Positions 48,093 to 58,473 of a stretch of DNA of 64,000 nucleotides are shown piece after piece. The DNA comes from an uncultured Gammaproteobacteria bacterium. Lineage in GTDB: Bacteria > Patescibacteriota > Patescibacteriia > Magasanikbacterales > GWA2-37-8. The position numbers were made by a program, and so were the translations under genes. Position 1 is the stretch's first letter, and every line of letters begins with the position of its first letter. Where the stretch lies: positions 395,978 through 459,977 of the forward strand of contig CAYOXC010000001.1 of the NCBI GenBank assembly GCA_964407865.1. Direction: 5' to 3'. The notes beneath the pieces were generated by a model. It was not told the origin of the DNA. It worked only from the letters and a program-made list of their open reading frames with translations, and did not search any database.

Positions 48093-50108
48093 TTTCTTTT
48101 TCTTAAACTCTTTTTTAAGAACAATGATTTCATCTCTCAAGATTGCCGCTAACTCAAACTCTAAATTTTTTGCCGCCTGACGCATCTGTAATTCCTTTTC
48201 TTTTATGATCTGTTCTACTGGCCGCGCGTCACCAAGCATATCCAGTTTAACAATCTGTCTGTCTTCTTTTTGCTTTTTATCCGCCGCTTTCTTTGAAGAT
48301 ATGCCAAACTCCTCCAAAATATTGCGGATATTTTTTTCAATTGTTTTCGGAGTAATGCCGTGTTTCAAGTTATGGGCTAGCTGAACTTTGCGACGGCGTT
48401 CGGTTTCCGCGACCGCTCGCTTAATCGAACCAGTAATTTGATCGGCGTATAATACCACCCGACCGTTAACATTTCGTGCCGCTCGTCCAATTGTCTGAAT
48501 CAGAGAAACATCGGAACGCAAAAACCCCTCTTTATCCGCATCTAAAATCGCCACCAATGACACTTCAGGCATATCCAAGCCTTCTCTAAGTAAATTTACA
48601 CCGACGATTACATCAATTTTACCCCGTCTCAAATCAGTAATTATTTCAATTCTCTCCAAGGTATCAATGTCGCTGTGTAAGTATTTAACCTTAATTTTTT
48701 TCTTTTCTAAATATTCGGATAAATCTTCAGCCATTTTTTTAGTTAATGTCGTAACCAAAATCCGATCACCCATTGTTATTCTTTCGTCAATACGAGTAAG
48801 TAAATCATCGACCTGCGATACCTTGCCTGTTGCGGGAATAATAATTACTTCTGGATCAATCAACCCTGTTGGCCTAACTATCTGCTCAACAACCTGCCCG
48901 CTTACTTTCATTTCATAGGCGCCCGGCGTGGCTGATGTATAAAGCGTCTGTTTGGTCCGCAATTCAAATTCATCGTACTGAAGCGGTCGATTGTCTCGCG
49001 CACTTGGCAATCTAAAACCATGCTCAATCAAAGTGTCTTTGCGCGCTCTATCCCCTAAATACATGCCGCGGATCTGAGACACAGTCACATGCGACTCATC
49101 AATCACTGTCAAAAAATCTTTATCACATGATTGAAAGTAATCCAGCAGTGTAAAAGGCGGTTCACCTTCAACTCTTCCATCAAAATGGCGAGAATAATTC
49201 TCAACGCCATTGCAATAACCAATATTGGCGATCATCTCTAGATCATAGTTTGTCCGTCTTTTTAGTCTTTCATGTTCTAGTACTTTTCCATTCTTTTCAA
49301 ATTTTTTAAGCTGTTCTTTTAATTCCTCACGTATTTTCGATATCGCTTCGGATTTGATTTCTTCGCCCACGACATAATGTTTGGCCGGAAATAACCAAAG
49401 GTCTTTTTGCTCACGCAAAATTTTGCGGCTGACCGGATTTATAGCTTCAATCCGATTAATCTTTTCTGAAATATCGAGGCGGTAAATCATTTCTTCGTTT
49501 ACCGGCATTATCTCAAGCGTCTGTCCGCGCAAACGAAATGAGCCGCGCTTTAAATCCAAACTGGTCCGTTCAAACTGCATGTCGATAAGCTGGTGTAGAA
49601 GCTGTCCGCGCGACAAAGGATGGCCTTGAGTCAGGTGTAAAACAATTTTTTCATATTGTTTGGGCGATCCCAAACCATAAATCGCTGAAACCGAAGCGAC
49701 AATAATAACATCACGCCTGGTCAAAAGAGCTTGGGTACAAGCATGACGCAGACGGTCAATTTCTTCATTTATCATCGCCTCTTTTTCAATGTAAGTATCC
49801 GTATTTGGTAAATAAGCTTCCGGCTGATAATAATCATAGTAAGAAACAAAATACTCAACCGCATTGTCGGGAAAAAATTCTCTAAACTCATTACAAAGCT
49901 GGGCGGCTAAAGTTTTATTGTGGGCGATAACTAAAGTCGGCTTCTGCGTCTTTTCAATCACATTGGCCACGGTAAATGTTTTTCCCGAACCAGTAACACC
50001 AAGCAGGGTTTGCTTATCAAAACCCTTTTTTAAACCATCGACCAACCGAGCGATTGCTTTAGGTTGGTCTCCGGCTGGCCGATATTTCGATTTTAGCTTA
50101 AAACGCAT
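48090..50108 (-). CDS. uvrB: excinuclease ABC subunit B
   Basis: GVTGSGKTFT helicase motif I, the YFVSYYDYYQPEAY beta-hairpin region, and a C-terminal UVR domain, 672 aa. Confidence 0.95.
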   Translation of the reverse strand: MRFKLKSKYRPAGDQPKAIARLVDGLKKGFDKQTLLGVTGSGKTFTVANVIEKTQKPTLVIAHNKTLAAQLCNEFREFFPDNAVEYFVSYYDYYQPEAYLPNTDTYIEKEAMINEEIDRLRHACTQALLTRRDVIIVASVSAIYGLGSPKQYEKIVLHLTQGHPLSRGQLLHQLIDMQFERTSLDLKRGSFRLRGQTLEIMPVNEEMIYRLDISEKINRIEAINPVSRKILREQKDLWLFPAKHYVVGEEIKSEAISKIREELKEQLKKFEKNGKVLEHERLKRRTNYDLEMIANIGYCNGVENYSRHFDGRVEGEPPFTLLDYFQSCDKDFLTVIDESHVTVSQIRGMYLGDRARKDTLIEHGFRLPSARDNRPLQYDEFELRTKQTLYTSATPGAYEMKVSGQVVEQIVRPTGLIDPEVIIIPATGKVSQVDDLLTRIDERITMGDRILVTTLTKKMAEDLSEYLEKKKIKVKYLHSDIDTLERIEIITDLRRGKIDVIVGVNLLREGLDMPEVSLVAILDADKEGFLRSDVSLIQTIGRAARNVNGRVVLYADQITGSIKRAVAETERRRKVQLAHNLKHGITPKTIEKNIRNILEEFGISSKKAADKKQKEDRQIVKLDMLGDARPVEQIIKEKELQMRQAAKNLEFELAAILRDEIIVLKKEFKKKK

Positions 50109-50240
50109 AGCTTTTGGCTGGCTTGCCCCGCACTGACCCGAAGCCCGGCAGAGCTCTCTGGGATTCTGCTCGGGCGAAGGGTCTAGTGCCGGGGTCTCCT
50201 GACGGTTTATATTGTGCCTTCAATTAAATTTCACAAAAAA
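50109..50240 (-). promoter_or_regulatory. GC-rich structured leader immediately upstream of uvrB (candidate cis-regulatory RNA or ncRNA)
   Basis: 130 nt at far higher GC than its surroundings, with nested stems (GGCTT…AAGCC, CCCGGCAGA…TCTGCTCGGG and the AGAGCTCT palindrome). It also contains GGGGTCTCCT. Confidence 0.35.
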
Positions 50241-50435
50241 TTATTGTTCTTTACTTCGAGTATAACTAAGTCCTCTAAGCTGATTTCGTAACTTATTTAA
50301 CTTTATCTGATCATCGCGTGTCAAACCACGCCGTGATTCCAAAGCACGAATCATTCCTTCTATGCTTCTTTGCTTATCTAATATTTTATTTTGATTTTGA
50401 AATTCAACTTCAAAACCAATTCTTTTTTCTGTCAT
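50241..50435 (-). CDS. small basic protein (64 aa), unknown
   Basis: The start is preceded by the same 18-nt motif as scpB. Confidence 0.35.
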   Translation of the reverse strand: MTEKRIGFEVEFQNQNKILDKQRSIEGMIRALESRRGLTRDDQIKLNKLRNQLRGLSYTRSKEQ

Positions 50436-50445
50436 ATTTACCCTG

Positions 50446-50937
50446 TTAAATAATTTTATCCGCTCCCACTGTAACCAAGAGAGTTAAAAATGAGGCAATA
50501 ATTATACCACCAAGCACATAAGGCCAGGCGTGGCGGAATTTAATACCGAAAACAAATGCCGCCAATGATCCGGTCCAGGCGCCTGTTATGGGCAAAGGAA
50601 TACTTATAAAAACCATAAGTCCAATCAGGCCGTATTTTTCATAATGTCCGGTGGCTTTTTCCTGGGCGCGATGCAGTGATTTAGCCCAGCCTTTTGAAAC
50701 CAATCCGGACTTTTTATCAATATAGTTATGAAATTTTTCAGCAAAAAGCAAAATTATCATTGCCGGTATGGCATTGCCAATAATAGATAATATTACTGCC
50801 TTCCAAATAGGAAACTGAAATACTAGAACAGCCACCGGCAAAGACAGGCGCAATTCCCCGACCGGCGTCATGGCCATAAGAATGGTGGCGATTTCCGGCG
50901 GGAATGTGCTAAAAAATTGAGTAATACAATCTATCAT
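50446..50937 (-). CDS. small multi-TM membrane protein (putative small multidrug-export-like family)
   Basis: 163 aa with four TM helices, and ELRLSLPVAVL near the N-terminus. Confidence 0.4.
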   Translation of the reverse strand: MIDCITQFFSTFPPEIATILMAMTPVGELRLSLPVAVLVFQFPIWKAVILSIIGNAIPAMIILLFAEKFHNYIDKKSGLVSKGWAKSLHRAQEKATGHYEKYGLIGLMVFISIPLPITGAWTGSLAAFVFGIKFRHAWPYVLGGIIIASFLTLLVTVGADKII

Positions 50938-50954
50938 AATAAACGTATTCTACC

Positions 50955-50990
50955 AGCAAAAACCGCGCTTTTCAAGGCGCGGTTTTACGT
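50955..50990 (-). terminator. Rho-independent terminator of groEL
   Basis: AACCGCGC(50961-68)…GCGCGGTT(50978-85), flanked by an A-run and a T-run. Confidence 0.65.
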
Positions 50991-51017
50991 ATTTAAGTAT
51001 TAGCGATTCAACCAATA

Positions 51018-52676
<1,659 letters not shown>

Positions 52677-52706
52677 TTAATTTTTAATTTTTCAAAAAAT
52701 ATAATT

Positions 52707-52854
52707 ATGACTAACCGATGACGAGCGTTGACGAGCGAGGCCCGAATTTGCGAGGTGTTTTTTAGCGACCGGCGAGCGTCGCGACCTGCGACCGAGCCAG
52801 TGAAAAACGACCGCAAATTATCCGAGCGAGTCACAGCGAGAAATGGTTAGTCAT
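52707..52854. repeat. 148-bp GC-rich element flanked by a 10-bp perfect inverted repeat (ATGACTAACC / GGTTAGTCAT), inserted between groES and groEL
   Basis: Inverted repeats at 52707-16 and 52845-54. The interior is rich in GACGAGCG and GCGAGC repeats and the GTCGCGAC palindrome. There is no ORF on either strand. Confidence 0.5.
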
Positions 52855-52866
52855 GATTGAAAAAAG

Positions 52867-53172
52867 CTATTCAATCACCGCCACCACATCGCTCTTATCC
52901 TCATCTTTGCCAACATACAAAATCTTATATTCAATTTCATCTGACCCGCGACCCATTTTTATTTCTTCGCCTCCCCATTTTTTGTATAAAATTTTATCAC
53001 CGACTTTTAATCCTAGTTTGGCTATAGTGTCGCCGTTACCAACAGCAACGATTTCACCTTCAGCCTTTTTTTCCTTGTCTACGGTATCTGGCAAAACAAT
53101 ACCGGAGGCCGTCACTTCTTCCTCCTTGCCTGGTTTGACCAATACGCGGTCACCTAATGGTTTTATGTTCAT
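52867..53172 (-). CDS. groS: co-chaperonin GroES
   Basis: [12 protein letters not shown]…GEIVAVG, 101 aa. Confidence 0.95.
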   Translation of the reverse strand: MNIKPLGDRVLVKPGKEEEVTASGIVLPDTVDKEKKAEGEIVAVGNGDTIAKLGLKVGDKILYKKWGGEEIKMGRGSDEIEYKILYVGKDEDKSDVVAVIE

Positions 53173-53197
53173 ATTAAAAATAATTAATTAATTATTT

Positions 53198-53224
53198 TTA
53201 TCACTCACATTATCTGAGTGATAA
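53198..53224 (-). promoter_or_regulatory. CIRCE-like HrcA operator (TTATCACTC-N9-GAGTGATAA)
   Basis: A perfect 9-N9-9 inverted repeat 25 nt upstream of the groES ATG. It differs from the TTAGCACTC-N9-GAGTGCTAA consensus at one position per arm. Confidence 0.65.
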
Positions 53225-53237
53225 CAACAGCGATTAC

Positions 53238-53265
53238 ATTTTAGCTAATTTTCAGGATGTGTCAA
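53238..53265 (-). promoter_or_regulatory. sigma70-type promoter TTGACA-N16-TAAAAT for groES-groEL
   Basis: On the minus strand: cTTGACAcatcctgaaaattagcTAAAATg, directly upstream of CIRCE. Confidence 0.55.
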
Positions 53266-53273
53266 GACCTGGC

Positions 53274-54602
53274 TTATTTACTGCTTATAACTAAATCTTT
53301 TTTGGCTAAGCCAAGCCCAAAAATTACCCAAAAAATTAACTGACCAACATACATACTCCATAAAAAGTGATCGAACAATCCAGCAACAGCGAGCACGACT
53401 ACAGCAGACATTAATACGGGGTGTGTTTTAATAATCATTCGAACAATCCAAATAATAAAAAATACTGATAAAATAAAAATTGGCAAACCTAACTCAGCCA
53501 TACTTAACAGATAAGTATTATGCGCCGGCTGGTAAGTACCGTAACTTGGCGCCTGATAATGTTCAGCAAGATAATAAGTATACAATCCTGGACCTATGCC
53601 AGAAAACGGATGGGAAAAAATAATTTGCTGGGCAACTTTTGCCTGGGATAAGCGTTCGTCGATGGATAAATTCTCAAGATATGTTTTTTGACCGAAACGC
53701 GTACCAAAAATCGGAAGATATAAAAACCCGATAATTGCAACGAGCAAAATAAACGCAACGATCTGATAAAGCCCGGCATTAATTTTTTCCTTAGGTATTT
53801 TGGTTAATTTAACAATCAAAAAACATGTAGCTATTCCTAAAAAAGCGGCGATCCAGGCGCCCCGGGAAAAAGAAAAAACTAGACCAATAAATACGACCAT
53901 TTGTCCTCCAAAAAATATCGGCGCAAGCCACTGCTTTGTATAATCTTTAAATTCAAACCAAATAATCAATCCGATTACAAGGACAAGCGCTAAATATATG
54001 CCAAGCGCATTAGGCGAACCAAAAGAACCATAAGAACGCAGCCAACGCTCCGTTTCTGTTTGTACAACAGATACACCAACGCCGCTCGGCAGCTGTGCCG
54101 CCATGCCAAGCCACTTATTGGCTATGACTTCTTGGGTGACAAATTGCCAAAGTGCAATAAATCCCTGAACCACTCCCCCGCCCCAAAAAAAGAGGGCCAT
54201 CTGGCGAAACTCTAAACTGGCCAATCCAAGACAAAGAGAAAGGCACAAAATTCCGATTAATCTGCTCAAAAACTGCAAACTGATATCTTCAACCGGAGAA
54301 ACAGCAACGGAATAACCGCCAATAAAAGCTAAAACAATGCCGAACAACAAATATGGCCACCTTTTTTTAAAACGCTCTGGTGAAAAAGCTTTTTTCCAAA
54401 ATTTAAACCGAGCAAAAAACCTAATACCTGTTAAAATTACAATTAGCCAAAGCAATATCTCTGTGCCATAAAAACTTAAAGTGCCGTATTCCCACGGTCG
54501 ACCATTGAGCGTTGCCTGACTATAAATCCAACGAGCTTGCCAAGGCAGCAAAAATAATAAAGCTAAGATTAAATAATTTACTAATTTTGCTAACTTATTC
54601 AT
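53274..54602 (-). CDS. O-antigen ligase/polymerase family membrane protein (Wzy_C)
   Basis: About 12 TM helices with a Wzy_C-like loop (…FSFSRGAWIAAFLGI…HNTYLLSMAELG…), 442 aa. Confidence 0.65.
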   Translation of the reverse strand: MNKLAKLVNYLILALLFLLPWQARWIYSQATLNGRPWEYGTLSFYGTEILLWLIVILTGIRFFARFKFWKKAFSPERFKKRWPYLLFGIVLAFIGGYSVAVSPVEDISLQFLSRLIGILCLSLCLGLASLEFRQMALFFWGGGVVQGFIALWQFVTQEVIANKWLGMAAQLPSGVGVSVVQTETERWLRSYGSFGSPNALGIYLALVLVIGLIIWFEFKDYTKQWLAPIFFGGQMVVFIGLVFSFSRGAWIAAFLGIATCFLIVKLTKIPKEKINAGLYQIVAFILLVAIIGFLYLPIFGTRFGQKTYLENLSIDERLSQAKVAQQIIFSHPFSGIGPGLYTYYLAEHYQAPSYGTYQPAHNTYLLSMAELGLPIFILSVFFIIWIVRMIIKTHPVLMSAVVVLAVAGLFDHFLWSMYVGQLIFWVIFGLGLAKKDLVISSK

Positions 54603-55543
54603 ATGTTATTATCATTAGAAATTAATAACCTTTTCCATTTCTCAAAAATTTCTTTTCGTCTGTCATTCTCGTGAAACTTAAGCACCGTATCGCTTAACAC
54701 AACACTTTTATCATTTCGAACCGCCGCTTCTTTTATTGCTGATTTGAATCTCTGCGACTGGATACCTTTTGCCTGTTTCTCTAACAAATCGCCATAAGCG
54801 CCATGCCACATTTTCTCCCAAATTCTTTTCCATAAACCGCTAATTTTTACATTATTAATCCTAAATAAATAATCGCTTTGTGATAATCTCGTCACATTTG
54901 GCAAATATTTCAATGCCCAATCATTGGCTGACAAAAATCTGCGGTAATTATCATTAGAATCATAAATTGGAATCATTTGATTAATCCAATACATAAAATG
55001 AATATCCTGATCAACGGAGCACAATGACCGCAAATTAAGATTGTTATTATCTACATAAAAAGAAAGGCAAATTTTATTTTTTATTCTTTTCCCATAAGTA
55101 CGCATACCGTATAATCTCAAAATAATGTTGGAAAAAAATCTAACAAGCCAAATCCGACGAGGCGCGGTAATAATAAAAAAATCAATATCACTCTCCTCTT
55201 TTGCCACACCCAAACCAACGGAGTTGCATACAAAAATAGATTGCAAAAAAGGAATAGAACGAATTTTTTTTGCTGCTCGAAGCGCAATTTTCATTTTTTG
55301 CTCTGCAAAAAGCGCAGCCCGCCGACGATTTTCAGCAAAATCTGCATTGCCCGCTTTAAATAAATAACTGTATTTTTCTTGAATTTTTTCCTTATCTTGA
55401 ATAGAGAGAAAATGCAAAAATTCTTCAAAACCAACTCTTGGCGGTTGCCAAAGATAAGCAAAAAGTTCCTCTTTTGTTAGAGGATAACCAAACTGAGAAA
55501 AGTAAACGAGAGTTTTGGTAATTGATTCGCCCAGTGGAGTCAC
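54599..55543 (-). CDS. nucleotidyltransferase-fold protein, unknown function
   Basis: The GS…SDIDFFI pattern (VCNSVGLGVAKEESDIDFFII) is typical of pol-beta-like nucleotidyltransferases. It overlaps the ligase gene by 4 nt. Confidence 0.4.
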   Translation of the reverse strand: MTPLGESITKTLVYFSQFGYPLTKEELFAYLWQPPRVGFEEFLHFLSIQDKEKIQEKYSYLFKAGNADFAENRRRAALFAEQKMKIALRAAKKIRSIPFLQSIFVCNSVGLGVAKEESDIDFFIITAPRRIWLVRFFSNIILRLYGMRTYGKRIKNKICLSFYVDNNNLNLRSLCSVDQDIHFMYWINQMIPIYDSNDNYRRFLSANDWALKYLPNVTRLSQSDYLFRINNVKISGLWKRIWEKMWHGAYGDLLEKQAKGIQSQRFKSAIKEAAVRNDKSVVLSDTVLKFHENDRRKEIFEKWKRLLISNDNNI

Positions 55544-55558
55544 AAAAAATTAAATAAT

Positions 55559-56332
55559 TTATTTGCTAACGATTTGTCCTTCAATCACGCTTTCATTGCC
55601 CGATGGTTTATCGCCATCTTTTTTTCTAAGAAGAATGTATTGCTGACCCAAAGTTAAAATAGTGCTAAAAAACCAATAAAGCGCCAGGCCAGAAGGAAGA
55701 CCGAAACAAATAACCACCGTCATTATTGGCATAAAATATACCATTTGCTTGTTCATCGTCGCCATCATATTTTCGTCTTTAGCACCAGCTCCGGCCTCCT
55801 TTGGCGGCTGTTTTGTCAGCATCATCTTGGCCTGAAAAAACTGCGCTCCACCTGCCAGTACTGCCAAAACAATATTCGGTTTGATTAAATCAAGAAAACC
55901 GAAAGAAATAGCATTAAGTTTTCCAGGGTTAGCAACAAACGAATAAAGTTCGGTGGCAAATTTATCACTCATTAAACTGTCGCGCATTACCAAATATAAG
56001 GCAATCAAAATCGGCAACTGAATCAAAAGAGGCAAACAAGAAGCAAAAGGATTGACTTTGTTGTCTTTATAAAGAGCCATTAGCGCCGCTGCCTGTTTCT
56101 GCTGATCAGACGCATATTCTTTTTTTATCGCGTCAACTTTTGGCTGAAGATCCTGAACTGCTTTTTGTGATTTAATCGACTTTGATGTTAAAGGATATAC
56201 AACTAAGCGTATTATAATCGTCATTATTATAATAACCAAACCTACATCGTGTCCCGGAATTACATTATAAAGCCAAACAAAAAAATTAAATATTGGCTGA
56301 TAAAGTATGGTGTGAAAAAATGAAAGTATCAT
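55559..56332 (-). CDS. yidC: membrane protein insertase YidC (short form)
   Basis: Five-TM YidC/Oxa1 core (…PFASCLPLLIQLPILIALY… GLALYWFFS…), 257 aa. Confidence 0.8.
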   Translation of the reverse strand: MILSFFHTILYQPIFNFFVWLYNVIPGHDVGLVIIIMTIIIRLVVYPLTSKSIKSQKAVQDLQPKVDAIKKEYASDQQKQAAALMALYKDNKVNPFASCLPLLIQLPILIALYLVMRDSLMSDKFATELYSFVANPGKLNAISFGFLDLIKPNIVLAVLAGGAQFFQAKMMLTKQPPKEAGAGAKDENMMATMNKQMVYFMPIMTVVICFGLPSGLALYWFFSTILTLGQQYILLRKKDGDKPSGNESVIEGQIVSK

Positions 56333-56345
56333 AAAAATCTATTAA

Positions 56346-57710
56346 TTATTCAGTTTTATTGTCATTTTCTACTTCCTTTTCTTTCACCTCTGCATCCTTT
56401 ACTACAATCTCTTCTTTTTCCGAAGGCTCTTCACTTTTTTCTTCGTCAACAGAAGATTTTTCTTCTTCTTTAACCGCTTCCAGAGCAGCTATTTTTTCAT
56501 TCTCACTAGGCGCTACGCTGGTTTCAGCAGTTTCATCTACTGCCGCATCTTCACTAGACAGCTCTTGTGTACCGCCTTCTTCTTTTACTTTTATTTTCCA
56601 ACCAGTCAATTCAGAAGCCAATCTAACATTCTGGCCGTTTTTTCCAATTGCCAGAGAAAATTGATCTGCACCAACATAAACTTCAGCTTCTTGAATTCCT
56701 TCGTTTGTTTCTACTCGGATCACCTTGGCTGGAGCCAGGGCATTACCAATATATACCGAAGGATCGTCATCCCACTTAATTACATCAATTTTTTCACCGC
56801 CCAATTCTTCGATAATTGTGTTGATCCTTCCACCGCGCTGTCCGATACAAGAACCAATGGGATCAATGGCATTGTCTTCAGTATAAACAGAAATTTTTGA
56901 ACGCCAACCAGCATCGCGCGCCAGACCTTTGATTTCAATTGAGCCGTCACCAATTTCCGGAATCTCTTGTTTAAAAATTTCTTCAACCATACCAGTGCTG
57001 TTCCGAGAAAGAATAATCTCAGGGCCTCGTGCGGTCATATTTACTGAGGCAACATAAAATTTCATCCGAGCACCCGGCCTGTAAAATTCTTTCATTATCT
57101 GCTGATCACTTGGCACAATAGCTGTAACTTTGCCCAAATCAACAAGTATTTTTCTTCCCTCAACTCGCTGGACAGTACCAACGATTATTTTTCCTTCCTG
57201 GTCTTTAAATGAACCATAAACCATATTGCGTTCAGCTTCACGTATTTTTTGTATAATAACCTGCTTGGCTGTTTGTGCGGCCATTCGTCCGAAATCACGC
57301 GAAATCTCTAAAGGAATTTCTAAAACATCTCCTATTTTAGCCGTTTTCTTTTCTTCCTTTGCCTCTTTAAGCATCATTTCAGTCTTTGGATTAAAACGAG
57401 GCAGATCAGCTACTTCTTCTTCGGTCAATTCTCTTTCCTCTTCGCGTGCTTTTTCGCGCCGCGCAGTCAATTCGTCCTGAGCTTTGGTAAGAGCTTCTTC
57501 ATCGATGTCTTCAACTACTGTCTTTACATCCCACGCTTTAATATCTCCAGTCTCAGGATCAAATTTAACTTTAATATTCTGCTGCTTATTGCCAAAATCC
57601 TTACGATAAGCTGCGGCTAAAGCAGCCTCAATGGTCTCCATAACAACATCATAAGAAAGACCCTTTTCATCGCAAAGAGTCTGGATTGCTTTTGATATAT
57701 CAGAAGTCAT
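56346..57710 (-). CDS. nusA: transcription termination/antitermination factor NusA
   Basis: S1 domain (GKIIVGTVQRVEGRKILVDLG) and KH domains (GSCIGQRGGRI…, AIGKNGQNVRLA) with an acidic tail. Start set at MTSDISKAIQ (57710); the ORF-track extension is rejected. Confidence 0.9.
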   Translation of the reverse strand: MTSDISKAIQTLCDEKGLSYDVVMETIEAALAAAYRKDFGNKQQNIKVKFDPETGDIKAWDVKTVVEDIDEEALTKAQDELTARREKAREEERELTEEEVADLPRFNPKTEMMLKEAKEEKKTAKIGDVLEIPLEISRDFGRMAAQTAKQVIIQKIREAERNMVYGSFKDQEGKIIVGTVQRVEGRKILVDLGKVTAIVPSDQQIMKEFYRPGARMKFYVASVNMTARGPEIILSRNSTGMVEEIFKQEIPEIGDGSIEIKGLARDAGWRSKISVYTEDNAIDPIGSCIGQRGGRINTIIEELGGEKIDVIKWDDDPSVYIGNALAPAKVIRVETNEGIQEAEVYVGADQFSLAIGKNGQNVRLASELTGWKIKVKEEGGTQELSSEDAAVDETAETSVAPSENEKIAALEAVKEEEKSSVDEEKSEEPSEKEEIVVKDAEVKEKEVENDNKTE

Positions 57711-57799
57711 ATAAAAAATTTTATAAAAAAATACGCTTCTAGATTGAAGCGTATGTGTCAATATAATATCATGGCTTAAAAGAGTTGTCAAATTTGTAA

Positions 57800-58447
57800 C
57801 TACAACACAGGCGCGCTTTTCTGGTGAGAAATTTCAATATTTAATGGTTTTTGCAAAGGTTGAGTTGGTGTTTTCCCATAAACTATCACCCTGTCACCAA
57901 CATCTAAAAAGCGATACATTTGAGTAGCGTCAGGCACAGTTAAGTTTATGCACCCGCCACTACGAGGCTTTACTCCGAAATCATCGTGCCAATATGCCGA
58001 ATGAATATAGTAGCCTTTTTTAAACTCTAAATTCCATTTGGTATTTGGATAACTGACATTAAGGCCCAAATAGTGCTTAACAGGCACTTTTCTTAATACC
58101 CCAAAAGTCCCGGTCGGTGTTTTTGCCGATAAACGACCAGTGGAAACATAATAAGAGCCAATTCTAACATTATTAAAATAATAGTGTAGCTGCTGCTTGC
58201 TTAAATTTATTTCAATGCGTTTATCAACTTTTCTATTCCCGTGAACCGAGTTAAGCGGATTGTAACCGCTCATTATTTCTTCCATATCTTTATAACCATC
58301 GCCATCAGAATCATCGTTGTCTAAAAGCGTACCCAACTGCATTTCTTGAATATCGCTTAATCCGTCGTTATCACTATCAATAGGCGTGGTGATAATTGTT
58401 GAAGTGCCGAGAACGGCGGCGACAAAATATGAAGATAACATATACAA
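57800..58447 (-). CDS. L,D-transpeptidase (YkuD) with N-terminal TSP3-like Ca-binding Asp repeats
   Basis: HSAYWHDDFGVKPRSGGCINL is the catalytic His/Cys motif. The N-terminus carries DSDNDGLSD and DNDDSDGDGY. Confidence 0.8.
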   Translation of the reverse strand: MYMLSSYFVAAVLGTSTIITTPIDSDNDGLSDIQEMQLGTLLDNDDSDGDGYKDMEEIMSGYNPLNSVHGNRKVDKRIEINLSKQQLHYYFNNVRIGSYYVSTGRLSAKTPTGTFGVLRKVPVKHYLGLNVSYPNTKWNLEFKKGYYIHSAYWHDDFGVKPRSGGCINLTVPDATQMYRFLDVGDRVIVYGKTPTQPLQKPLNIEISHQKSAPVL

Positions 58448-58473
58448 ATTTCAAACCCTGCAAAAAATTACTA

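Noticed and set aside
47284-50240. LexA/SOS box upstream of uvrA/uvrB
   Set aside because: Only the short palindrome AGAGCTCT and the shared 9-mer were found, with no match to known LexA box families (CTGT-N8-ACAG, GAAC-N4-GTTC and others). It is left as a hypothesis inside the leader findings.
57711-57791. N-terminal extensions proposed by the ORF track (nusA to 57791, leuS 63837-63884, RSH 23104-23148, 154-aa ORF 19952-20017, prmC 27070-27141)
   Set aside because: Family-typical N-termini and RBS positions support the internal Met starts given in the feature table.
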